Origin: Parvularia atlantis
Lineage: Eukaryota
Assembly: GCA_943704415.1 (NCBI GenBank)
Contig: CALSCO010001760.1
Location: forward strand, 45,161 to 65,160
Direction of reading: 5' to 3'
Length of the DNA: 20,000 bases
Position numbers and translations under genes: made by a program. Under the pieces are notes generated by a model. That model saw only the letters and a list, made by a program, of their open reading frames with translations, did not search any database and was not told where the DNA came from. Shown in pieces: positions 9,103 to 20,000 of the stretch; within the stretch, counting starts at the first letter, position 1; each line of letters begins with the position of its first letter.

Positions 9103-10046
9103 ATGGGTTCGATGACGCTCTTGTGTGACAGCGACGCCGAGCTCACGGTCGAGGCCGTCGACGCCGACGAGGCCGCGGTGCTGCACGCCGAGGTGTTTGG
9201 CCGCGGCGTGTACGACGCGCTGATCGATGGCGTGGACGCGGATGCGCGCGACGACGACCCGGACGCACCGCCGCGCCTCGTCGTCGACGTCGGCGCCAAC
9301 ATCGGCCTGTTTGCCCTGCGCTGCGCGACGCGGCTGCGCGAGCGCCGTGTGCGCGCCGCGGTCCTGGCGGTGCGACGGGCCGCAGTGGGTGCCGTAGATG
9401 CGCAGCTGACGGGCCCGCGGACGCGCAGATCGAGCCCGTGCCGGCCAACGCTGCCGCGCTGCGGCGCAACGTCGACGCCAACGGCTTCGCGCTGCCACGC
9501 GCCGACGGGCCGCACATCGTGCCGCTGCAGTGCGCCCTGGGCGAGCTCGGCGCGCCGCCGACCGCGCGCTTCACGGTCTTCGCGCGCCTGCCCGGCGAGT
9601 CAACGCGGCACCCACAGCACAAGCGCGCGCAGCACCGGCTCGTATACGGCGCCGCCGCCGCCGCGCGCTTCGACAGCACAGAGATCGAGTGCCCCGTTCG
9701 CGCTCTCAGCGCCCTGCTCGCGCGCATGCCCGGCGTGGGCGATGTGCACGCGCTCAAGATCGACTGCGAGGGCGACGAGCTGGCCGTGCTGCGCGGCGTC
9801 AGCCCCGACGACTGGCCGCGCGTGCGCCAGGTCTTGGTCGAGGTCGAGGACTACCCGCAGCCGACGCTCGACGCCGTCATGCACCTGCTGCGACACACGG
9901 CTGGCTTCGACGACGTGCGCGTGCAGCACCAGGCGACCGAAACGCTGTCCGAGGCCGCGCGCGCCGGTGACGACGACCTCGTCGTGTGCGTGCCCGCCGC
10001 CCTGCGTCTCTTCCACGTGTGGGCACGACGTCGTACAGACAGCTGA
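9103..10046 (+). CDS. FkbM-family SAM-dependent methyltransferase (~294 aa, 2 exons)
   Basis: ATG 9103 and intron 9370-9428 give an 885-nt CDS. Motif I VVDVGANIGLFAL, then LAIEPVPANAAALRRN, ALKIDCEGDELAVLRGV and DWPRVRQVLVEVED. Confidence 0.88.
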
Positions 10047-10163
10047 CAGAGGGTGAGTCAGGGGGTGGACAGGTCTTGGGCGGGGAGCAGATGCCGGGGA
10101 AGGCGGCAATGACTGGGGGGAGGGGGGCGGAGACAGAGGCGCGCGACGCGGCAGTCGGCGCCG

Positions 10164-13100
10164 TTACGCGCAGCGGCCGTTGACATTGATCGGGATGCCG
10201 CAGTAGAAGAAGCTGCGGGCGCACGGCGCGCGGGATCAGCACGCGCACAGTCGGGCGCCAGGCAACGCACTTGACCGTGGCGCTGTAGCCGCCGCCAATG
10301 GTGACCCAGAGCGTCGAGGGGTTGTCGCGCGGGATGTTGACATAGAACGTGCGGCTGTTGATGTAAAAGTCCCAGGCGTTGCCCAGCGAGCCTTGGAACT
10401 CGACCCTGAGCGACGACGTGCAGCCGTACGCCGGGTACGCCGCAATGTTGGCCGTGACGCCGGCCTGGTTGACGTAGCCCAGGTTGCTCATGCCAGGGCA
10501 CGGGTACGGGTTGTTGGCACCGGGGTTGCTCGAGCGCCACTGCAGCGCCGGCATCCTGGTCTGAGTCACACTCAGCGTTGTCGCCAGCGGGTTGTACACG
10601 GCCGCGTTGACGTAGATCGTGATGCCTCCAAGGCAAAACCACGAGCACGAGAAGCTGCTGAAATAGATCTGGTCGCGTGGTCGTCAGTCTGCAGCCACCG
10701 TGCACGTGCGCGCGCAGCATACCCGGGGCACGACCAGGAAGCCCGGCAGCTGCGAGTTGAGGCCGTTGATGGTGGCGTAGATTGTCACACTCTGCAGCGC
10801 CGTCTGCAGCGCCGAGTACGGGTTTGGCGTCTGCGGCACGGTTGCCACGGTCGAGCCACGCAGGTACACGCCCGTGGCCTGGCCTGCGAGCGCGCCCGGC
10901 CGGTCAGCGTCCAGCGCACGCCGCCGCGGGCGCTCACGCACTGTTGATCCAGGCCGAGAGCAGCGCGCTGACGTCGCCATTGTTCTGAAGAACGCCCGTC
11001 GCGCCCACTGTCGCGCCCGTCGTCGGCAAGAAGATGCCCGAGTTCTGCTGCGTGTAGCCCAGGTAGCCGTTGCTGCTCTGACGGCGCAGGTCGAGGAAGA
11101 ACAAGCCCAGGGTGGCCTGGAGCGAGGGGCTGCCGCCGAGGGTCATCGTCGTGCTGAACTGCAGCGTGTTGCCCGTGCCGCCGAGCACGTTGATCGCGCC
11201 GACAGTGATCTTGCCGTTGAAGTTGTTGTAGCCCGTGAGCGGGATCGCCGCCGTGAACGGCACGTTCGAGATCACGATCGTGTTTGTGCCAAAGCCGTAG
11301 GTCACGTCCGACACCCACTGGTTGCTGACGCGCTTGGTCGCCGTGTCGATGCGCACGTTCGCCTGGCCGTTGGCATACATCGTCACCGCCGTCTGCGACA
11401 GCACCAGCTGGATAAACGTGGCCAGGCTGACGGCGCCGGCGCGTCAGGCACGCGCAACAGAGGCCGGCTCTCACGCACTTGCTCTGGCTGGTCACTGTGA
11501 GCGCGCTGGCCAGACCGATCTGCACATTGTACTGCTGCAGGCCAGCCGAGCTGCACCGGCACCAACGTCAGTGGCACGCGCAAACCCCCCGAACCCGCGC
11601 GCAAGCGCGACGTACACGAGGGCCACAGGGATGTTGGTCAGGACGACGTAGCCGATCTGCTTGGCCGTGGTGTACGTGTTGTCGACGTAGAAGTTGAGCG
11701 TGAGCGACGTGACGAGCTGAATCTACGTGACGGAAGCGCGCGCGCTCGCGTGAGCCCGCGCGTGCACGTGTCAAGACGCAGTGACACGCACGTTGATGCC
11801 AAACGTGAACGGGTTGGTGAACGTGAGCTGCACTGTGCCGCCCAGCTTGGGCGAGTTCGGATTGCTCAGGTCGACCGACAGCGGCACGCCCGGCGCGAGT
11901 GCCACGGCGCTGACGAGCTGCAGGCCCTGGGGCGCAATCACCTGGCCCTGCGGCGCCAGCTGGTTGCAAACGGACGAGAGCCACGCCGGCACCGAGCCGG
12001 ACGTGCCCGACGGCACTGACGAGGCGATGGTCATGGTCACGGTCAGCTGCGACGTTAGGCCGCTGAGGTAGTTGGTGAAGAACGTGCCGGCGACGGCGTA
12101 GGCGTCCGAGGCGGGCACGACGGCGCCGCTGGCAGAGAAGACGTTGTTGCCGGGCGCGAAGGTGAAGGGCGTGACCTTGGCGTAGCCCATGTACTTGCCC
12201 TGGTAGTACATCGAGAACGTGAGGTCGCCCATGTTGAGCGTCGCGATCGACGGGTTGGACAGCGACGCCCCCACGATCAGCGAGACACCGCCCAGGCTGG
12301 GCAGGTTGGCGGGCAGCTGCACCGACGTGATCGAGATGGTCGGCAAGCCGCCGATGCCTGGCGAGCGCGCGCACATCAAACATGTCAGACGAGGGCATAC
12401 GGTGCAGCCGTGATGATGCGGACGCGTACCCGTCAGCTGCGACACGACCGAGATCGAGTTGATAGTGAGCGAGATCGTGCCCACGCTCGTCGTCACGCTC
12501 ACGGTCGCCGAGCCCGACAGGCGCAGCGAGAGCTGGCTCAGGTTGACAAACTTGACCATGAACGAGCTGAAGGCCGAGCCGTCGCCCTCGAGCGTGATCG
12601 TGCCGGGCATGGTCACGACGATCGCCGTCGAGGACGACGACGTGGTCGGTGCAGGTGTCAACACGGCGTAGCTGTGCAAGGCGCGCGCGTATCGCGCTGC
12701 GTGAGCGCGCTGCTCGCGCCACGGGCGCAGCGGCCACGCACGTGCCGAGCAGGGCGTTGTTCGAGTTGTCGTACGTCTGCGCGTTGAGCATGACCGTGTT
12801 GGTGATCAGCTTGCCGTTGGGGCCAAGCGGCGACGTGATGGCGATGGTCGCGCCGGCCGTGAAGCCGACTTGCGACTGCGACTGCCAGTTGGGGATGAGC
12901 GTGAGCGACTGGAACGTCACGCCCGTAACGAGCGCTGTGGTCGAGCCAGGCAGCGACGTCGACATCGTCAGCCCCTGCAGGCTGCAGCGGCGCGTGTGTC
13001 AGCCTTCTCCCAGCCGCGCTGGCAGAAGCACGCGCACCCGGTCGAGATGTACGCGTAGCTGCTCGACGACGCCGGCACAACCGCCTGCACGTCCACCGCG

Positions 13101-16100
13101 ATGCCGTTGACGTAGTTGTTGAACAGGCTGGTCGTCGCCACGAGGTTGGTGTCGTCGATGGGCGCGATCGAGCCCGTGAGCGTGAGTGTCGTTGTGCCTG
13201 CGTCGCGGCAGCCGGCAGCGGGTCAGCACGAGGGACGCGTGCGCCTGGCGCGTGCCGCCGCACCGGGCGTGATTACGCCGTTGGACGCAGACGTGAACGT
13301 GCCCATGTTGACCGACTGGTAGACTGCGCGTCCGCCGCGTCAGCACGGCCCTCGCTGGAAGCACGAACGCACAGATGTTGAACTGGACGGGGCCGGGCGC
13401 GAACGTGACAATGCCGTTGGTCGGGAACTGCACCGTGACCGAGCCAAGGATCTGCGACTGCGTCGACGAGGCCAGGCTGAAGCTCGTCACCGTCACGTCC
13501 GTGATGCCGTTGAGGGCTGCGGATTGCGGGAGCGTGAGCGCGCTGCTGCGAGTGCCCGGCCGCCACGCACCCGCCAGCGATGACGTCTCATTCACGGCGA
13601 CGCCGCTGAGCGTGATCGGGCCGATCGAGGGAACGCTGAGCAGCACGTTGGCCGTGCCGGTGACGCCGAGCGTGACCGAGGGGTTGTTGGTGAACTGCTG
13701 GATCACCGTGCCAAACACGCTCTGGTCTGTCACCTGCAGCGTGCCCGTGAGGGTCGCGCGCACAAACGTGTTGCTGCACCGAGCCGTCAGCAGCAGCGAC
13801 AGCCGCCAGGGACGAGCGCACACCTGGACGACTGGATTGTGGCGGTCGGCGACATGGTGCCAAAGGCGCGGCCGAGGTTATCGCGCAGCGTGATGGTCGA
13901 CACGAGGCCCGTCGTTGTGATCTCGGCTTCGCCGAGGGGCGAATCGATCAGAATCTCGACTGTGCGCGCATCCTGTCAGCACCACCCACGGCAACGGCAA
14001 GGGCGCTGCGCACCCGAGGCGGTCGTGACGACGGTGTCGGGGCCGGTCGCCGTCATCGACAGCGAGAAGAAGTTGAAGCCGGTGATCAGGTCGATCGCGT
14101 TGCCGTTGAGCGTCGCCGACATCTCCAGGCCGGCGATCGACTCGTTAATGAGCGGGTTGGCAGACGCGGGCACGTGCGTGGACGCCTTGGCAACGACCGT
14201 CGTGAGCTGTGAGCGCACGTGCGGGCCGGTGAGCGCGACGCTTCGCGCGCCCAACGCCCAGCGCGACGCACAACGCCCGTGATGTAGTCGGTGAACAGCT
14301 GGTTGGCCACCGATGCCGCCTCGGGAACGATCACGCCTGCGCACGCACGCGCCGCGCGCGTGAGCATAAGATGTCGGCACACCAACGATGACGGCGAGAG
14401 CGCACCGAGCATGTTGACGTGGTTCACGTTCAGGCCCGGGATGATGTTGAGCTCGTTCGTCGTCGTGGCGTAGCCGATGTACGTGTCGTCGTAGTAGATG
14501 TCGAACGTGAGAATGCCGAGGTTGATGGAGACGATGGTCGGGTTGGGCACGACCGCCGAAATGTTGAAGCGCAGGGTTTCGCCCGACGAGTCCGACAGGT
14601 CAAAGAACGAGATGACGACGCCGGGGATCTTGTTGAGCGCTGCGTCGTCGGCGGCGGCGCGCGTGTGAGCCCCTCTGTCTTCGAGATCAGGCGCAAGCAC
14701 AAGGCGGGGACGCACCGCGCAGGGTCGACTGCGTGTTGATGGTGAAATTGGTCAGCTCGGTCAACCCGATCGGCGTCTTAAAGGTCACGTCCGACACGCC
14801 TGCGAGGCCCACCGTCGCCGTGGGGCTGGTGATGAAGTTCTGGATAAACTGCGGGAACGCCGGCGTCTGCGGGATTGTGGCCGTGCCCGTGATGACGACC
14901 GAGAGCGACTCGCTCGTAGTCTCGTAGATGACGACGTCGACGGGGATGACGGCGCTGCCGATGACTGTGTCGGACGTGTCGAGCAGGTTGAGGCTGCTCA
15001 GCACAAGCTCCGTCACGTTCAGCAGCGAGTCGGGGCCTGTGAGCCGTGTCAGACGGCGCAGCGGCGACCCTGCGCAGCGATGGGTGCACGCACCGAGCGG
15101 CGAGTTGAGCGTGATGACCGCATCGGCGACGAGGCCGGCGGTGTAGTCGGGGAACGGGTCGAGGAAGAGGCTCTTGAACTCGATGCCGGCAATGAGGTTC
15201 TCGGTGCTCGGCGCGACCTGCGTGCTCAGCTCGAGGCCCGTCAGGCCGAGGTTGATGATCGGGTTGCTCGAGGCCTGCTCCGCCGCAACGGCCTGCACGT
15301 CCGACGTCACGCCCGTGACGTAGTTGCTCAGGAGGATGTTGGCCGTATCCAGGGCGTCGGTATCAGGCGCGATGACGCCGGTCATGGCCAGGTCGTTGAC
15401 ACCCGGCTGCATCGTCACGTCGGTCGCGACAAGGGTGCCCATCTTCTTGCCCTGGAACATGACGTCGAACGTGACGTCGCCGAGAGCCATCGAGACCGAC
15501 GCCGGATTGATCACGCGCACGGTCGCGACCACGTTGATCGCCTCAATCGTCGACGTCGACAGGTCAAACTCGGTGATCGTCACGTCCTGCAGGCCGTTCA
15601 TGCCTGCGTTGCGCGCGGGGTGGGTGAGCACCCTCACGGCGGTCTTCTCACAGCCTGCGCACCGTTCAGCGCGACGCTCGCTTGCAGCCCAATCGTCGAT
15701 AGCGACAGGCTGCCGATGGGCAGCTGCGTGTCGGCCGACGCAACGCCGTCGATCAGCAGCGTCACGTTCTCGGCCTGGATAAAGTTCTGCACAAACACGC
15801 CAAAGCTGCGCTTGCCTGCGACCCGTCACGGTTCAGCTGTCCTGCCGGGCAAGAAAGCGCAGGCGACGCGACACGCACGGCTGGCGACGATGAGCGTGCC
15901 GTCGATCTGCGTCTCGTACATGTTTGCAGCGACCTCTGTCACGAGGCTCTGCGGGGCCGTGAGCGTGCCCACGTCGTTGCCCTGGTCGTCGGTCAGCGTC
16001 GCGCTCGTGATGCCTGCTCAGGGTGAGCAACTCGTGTGGGTGCGTGCGCGCGTGCCGCGCGTGCACGCACCCATCATCTCGATGATGAGCGGCGCGTTGC

Positions 16101-16228
16101 CGAGCGGGTTGGTCACGGACACAAGCGTGTCGGCCGACATGAACACCTCGTCAGGACCGCCCGAGATCGCGTCGAGCGTGATCGTCGAGAAGTCAAGCGC
16201 GTTGACTAGGGGCACGTCGTTCGGCGGG

Positions 16229-16273
<45 letters not shown>

Positions 16274-19200
16274 GCGAGGGCTGGCGTAAGCAGACGGCGG
16301 TCGGTGCCGTGCGGTCGGCCACGCACCGGCGCGCTCAGCCGGAAGCCCTCGAAGCCCGAGGCCAGCAGCGTGTTGGCGATCGCGTTCGGGCCGGCCACGC
16401 CGACAACGTCGCTCGTGATGCCGCCGAGGTAGTTGTCAAACAGGAGCTGCATCGACGCGGCGTTGGCGTCGGTCACGTTGTCGAGCACGGCGCGGAAGTC
16501 GATCTGGTTGCTCGTTTGGAAAAATGTGACGTTATTTGCGTAGATGTAGCCGAGGCGCGTGCTGTTAAAGAACCTGCGCGGGCGGTATGAGGACGCGCAT
16601 GCCGTGAGCGCTGAGGCGTGCGCACATGTCGACGACCATGTCGCCCACGGGCACGACCGCCACCGACGGGTTGAAGATCTGCATCACGACAAGGACGACG
16701 AGCTCCTCCGCGGTCGACTGGGTCAGGTCCACGCTCGTCACGACCGAGTCCTTCAGGTTGTCCATGCCGAGCAGCGACGTCGAGACGAGGAGCGGGATGT
16801 CGGCGAGCGGGACGGCGCCAAACGGCCCGACGACCGCCGTGGCGTCGCTTGTGCCCTTGAGCGTCACGTTGACGCTGGGCGTGCGCATGAAGTTCTGCAC
16901 GAAGCGCGTGAAGGCGCCTGGGTCGCCGCTCGAGACGTCGACCGGAATGGTGAAGGCCAGCTGAATCGTGAGGATGAGGCCGGAGACTGCGAGGCGGACG
17001 GCGTCACGGGCCGCAGCGGCTCGAAACGCGCGGCGCAAGGCAAACACGCACCAGACCACCGCGTGACCGGCGTGCTCGGAACCTGCACCGTCAGCACGCG
17101 CTCGTTGCGGTCGTCGTACATGGCCACGTCGATGCTGACCTCGTCCACGCGAAGCGTCGCCTGCGAGCCGAGCGGGCTGGACGCGCGGTCAGCGCTCTTG
17201 CCAGTGGCGTGTGCGTGCGCGGCGCACTTCTTGATGTTGATCGAGACCGTGCCGCTGAACTCGATCGCCGTCTCCGACACCGGGTCAAACTTGGCCGACA
17301 GGAAGGTGATGTCGCGGATGAGCACATCCGTCAGGCCAGGCACGGCGGCGATGAGGGACCAGGGCGCGAGGGCTGCGCGCGGCGCCGGCGTGTCAGCAGA
17401 GCAGCAAAGAGGGAGCCTGGCATCGCGCATCGCGCACCGGCCTGCAGCAGCGGCGAGTCGACGCCGTTCGGGGCCACGCGCGCCTGGACCGCCATGAAGT
17501 TGCCCGTGAGGTACACCTGGAACATCTCGAGCACGGTCTGCGGCAGCGGCACGGTCAATCATCAGCGCGACCCAAAAAAAAAAAAGTGTCGTAGCCGCAC
17601 CGCCACGACGTCCGGATCGGCCGAGCCCGTGACAATGCTGCCGGCCATCTGCACCGTGCTGGGCCCGCGCGAGATGACGAGGTCGCCGACCGAGACGGCC
17701 GCGCCAACGTCGAGCTGGCGCTGCAGCGCAGACGACAGGTACGACATCTGCGCCGCGGCAGGGTCAGCGCCGCCGCCTCGTGCGCACGCGGCGGGCGCAC
17801 GATGAAGCTCGCCGGGCCAATGTTGAGCGCGATCGCCGACGGGTTGAACACCGACGCCGTCAGGCGGAAGTTGATGCTCTCGTCCGTGCTCGTCGACAGG
17901 TCAAAGTTGGAGACGATGACGTTGCGCAGGCCGTTCATGCCTGTGCGTGCGCGGGGTCGCTGGCGATGAGAATCGCGCGATGGTGCCGCACAGTGGAGGG
18001 AAACAGCGCACCGGCCAGCTCGAGCGTGCGGTCGAGCGGGATGTTGTTGAAGTTGAGGCCGCCGGACGACAGCACGGTCGAGCCCGACAGACGCATGACA
18101 AAGGTCTCGTTCAGAAGCACAGTCGAGCCAAACTCGACAAAGGCGTCCGTGTCGGTGATCTGCATCTCAACAGCGATGTCGAGCGGTTCCGTGCTGTACG
18201 CCTCAACGTAGACAGCAGGCATGCCGATGACGCCAAAGGCGTTCCGATTCTCGAGGCCAATGTTCATGTCGAACGGCTGGAGCGTGCCGCCAAACTGCGC
18301 CGCGTTGGCGACTGAGCCGACAACCTTGAGCTGGACCGTGTTGCCGTTGATGCTGAGGACGTCGAGCGTGGTCACGTTGAGGCCGGCGTTGGCGAAGGCG
18401 GCGGCGGCGATCTGGCCACCTGTGCGCGCGGCGCGCTGGCTTTGAGCGGGCGGGCACGGGGCGAGCACGGCGCGCACCGATGACGGGGATGAGCACGCCG
18501 ACGATAATAGCGCCAATGATAATGGCAAGGATGATGAGGATGATGATCAGCGTGCGGCGCGAGATGCGGCCGCCACAGTAGCGCGGCTCCTTGTTGTTCT
18601 GCGCATGCTCGGTGCGCGGTCAAAGATGCTGCGCGCGCGGGGGGAAAATATTCCAGCGCACCAGGTACAGGTCCACGACCTCGAGGCCGTCCAGGCCGTA
18701 GCCGCCAAAGCGACCGAGCAGGTCCAGGTTGCCGGCCGACGCGCTCGGGTCCTCCGACACGGACACACCCGAACCGGCGAGCAGGTCCAGCTGCGCACGC
18801 GCGCGCACGACGACGAGCGGGTGAGCTGTGTGCAGAGCGACCACGCCGCCTGGCACCGCACCTCCGAGGCGGCCGCGCCGCTCGGGTACATCGGCATGCT
18901 CTGGTGGTCGTCGGCGAACATGTGATCGGCCGGGTTGGTGCTGGACTTGCGGCCCTTGCCGAACCTGCACGAGTCCCGGGGGTTGAGCGTGGCGCGCACG
19001 CATCGAGGCGGCGGAGGGCGCGCGGGGCGCACCATGACCAGCGCGAGCGCGTCTCCGTCGGCTCCATGAGCGTCGTCTGGCCGGTGTGCATGCCGCTGTC
19101 GACGAGGGTCGTGTTGCCCGTGTGCATGTTGGGGTCGACGAGGGTCGTGTTGCCCGAGCGCATGTTGGGCTCCACGAGGGTCGTGTTGCCCGTGCGCGCG

Positions 19201-19438
19201 TTGGGCGTCTCAACCAGGGTGCGGTCGACGTCGCTGCCGCCGTAGCCGCGCGAGTCGACCAGCGTTGTGTTGCCCGTGTCGCGGTTTGTGCGGCCCATGG
19301 TTGTGGACGAGGCCGTGATGTTGCTGGCCTGCATCTCCTGCTCGAACCAGCGTTCGATCTGCGCGGCGCGCCGTCAGTCCCGGCGTCCCGCCCTCCACCG
19401 CGCGCGAGCCGACGCACCTCGTTCACTTTGGCTGCCAT
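10164..19438 (-). CDS. Giant single-pass membrane protein with seven DUF3712/LEA_2-like (Tag1-like) repeats, ~2388 aa, 35 exons
   Basis: ATG 19438 (MAAKVNE). I traced 34 GT-AG introns (first 19359-19417, last 10213-10270; 2108 nt in total), leaving a 7167-nt open frame ending ...NVNGRCA-TAA (10164-10166). One TM segment, LIIILIILAIIIGAIIVGVLIPVI (~18478-18550). Recurrent FxxFxQxF, GxNGL, NPS, NYxxG and (N/S)PLG motifs are typical of DUF3712 proteins. Confidence 0.85.
16232..16271. repeat. (TG)20/(CA)20 microsatellite inside intron 16231-16326
   Basis: Perfect dinucleotide run ending at the 3' splice site of the giant gene's longest intron. Confidence 0.97.
19055..19280 (-). repeat. Coding 36-nt tandem repeat encoding 12-aa units (x-T/S-G-N-T-T-L-V-D/E-x-x-x)
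   Basis: ACGAGGGTCGTGTTGCCC recurs at 19102, 19138 and 19174 (period 36). Protein reads RTGNTTLVEPNM-RSGNTTLVDPNM-HTGNTTLVDSGM-HTGQTTLMEPTE, plus a degenerate DTGNTTLVDSRG. Confidence 0.9.
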
Positions 19439-19892
19439 TCTTGCGGCGTCTCGCGGTGGGTCCGGCTCACCGTGCGAGGAGTCGCGGCTGTGTTTTGTTT
19501 TTGGGGTGCGGCGGCGAAGATGAGCGTCTCCTCCGCTCGCGCGTCCGCCGCCCCCGCCGCAGCCGCGCCACACACCGCACGCCACGGCCACCCAGCGCCC
19601 GCGCGCACCAGCCGGCGCCCGCGCAGCCGCCACAGCCCGCCGCGTGCGAAAGAAAAGGAAGAGGGAAGAGCAGCGACGACAAAACGCCCCGTTTCAGCCG
19701 CGTCGCGCACCTGCTTTGGGGTGTGAGTGTGTCGCGCGCTGTCCTCGGGCCGGTGCGCAGCACACGGAGACGAGGGGGGCGGGGCGCGGCGGGGCGGCGA
19801 GGCCTGCGCGAGTGCGTGCGGCGCGCGAACGGCGTCAGCGCGGCGGCCTTTGGTGCGCAAACAACAATTTGGTCAAGTGGCGTGCGCCACCC

Positions 19893-19903
19893 AGCCAATC
19901 AGC
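19893..19903 (+). promoter_or_regulatory. NF-Y-type CCAAT box upstream of the giant DUF3712 gene (or of the next gene beyond the window)
   Basis: AGCCAATCAGC shares the 10-mer GCCAATCAGC with the element in the CYP51/SQS promoter. Confidence 0.5.
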
Positions 19904-20000
19904 AGCGTTCAGCGCCCCGGCTGACACAACGGGCACACAAAGCCGTCGATCTCTGCGGCGCGCGGTCAGGCGTGCGACGCGGCGGTGCACGCGCGGGGGG

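Noticed and set aside
15080..16432. 450-aa + strand ORF, including a CVCVCV run
   Set aside because: Antisense to the giant gene's exons. The CV run is the translated TG microsatellite.
17574..17585. A12 tract as a retroposon poly(A) tail
   Set aside because: It lies within intron 17538-17600 as a T-run on the coding strand, with no target-site duplication or element body.
19055..19280. CRISPR-like appearance of the 36-nt periodic repeats
   Set aside because: The units are contiguous, in-frame coding repeats without unique spacers, there are no cas genes, and the context is eukaryotic.
10164..19438. Several separate DUF3712 genes in tandem
   Set aside because: One continuous spliced frame with a single TM anchor and no internal stop explains the whole region.
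1..20000. Introner/transposon-derived intron family, or pseudogene frameshifts
   Set aside because: By eye the introns share only splice and branch signals and GCGC runs, with no terminal repeats. Every frame break is resolved by a phase-consistent intron.

Overview
Eukaryotic, very GC-rich, extremely compact genomic DNA packed with short spliceosomal introns (mostly 46-76 nt, GTGCG donors, CTGAC/CTCAC branch-like motifs, CAG acceptors), which is why the ORF track is fragmented. Splicing by hand gives seven protein-coding genes. The six complete models are all divisible by 3. In order: a 5'-truncated thiolase-like (TLP1-type) protein ending in a peroxisomal AKL signal (+); sterol 14-alpha-demethylase CYP51 (-); squalene synthase (+); a DGAT2-family acyltransferase with an extra multi-TM N-terminus (-); a type II membrane SGNH/PC-esterase (NXPE-like) protein (-); an FkbM-family methyltransferase (+); and a ~2388-aa, 35-exon single-pass protein with seven DUF3712/LEA_2-like (Tag1-like) repeats (-). 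The highlight is that CYP51 and squalene synthase sit head-to-head, 152 bp apart, around a CCAAT box and tandem SRE-like elements, inside a run of lipid-related genes. This is a candidate co-regulated sterol/lipid gene cluster. The CYP51 and SQS motifs look animal/fungal-type, so the host is probably a compact-genome unicellular opisthokont or relative (inference only).
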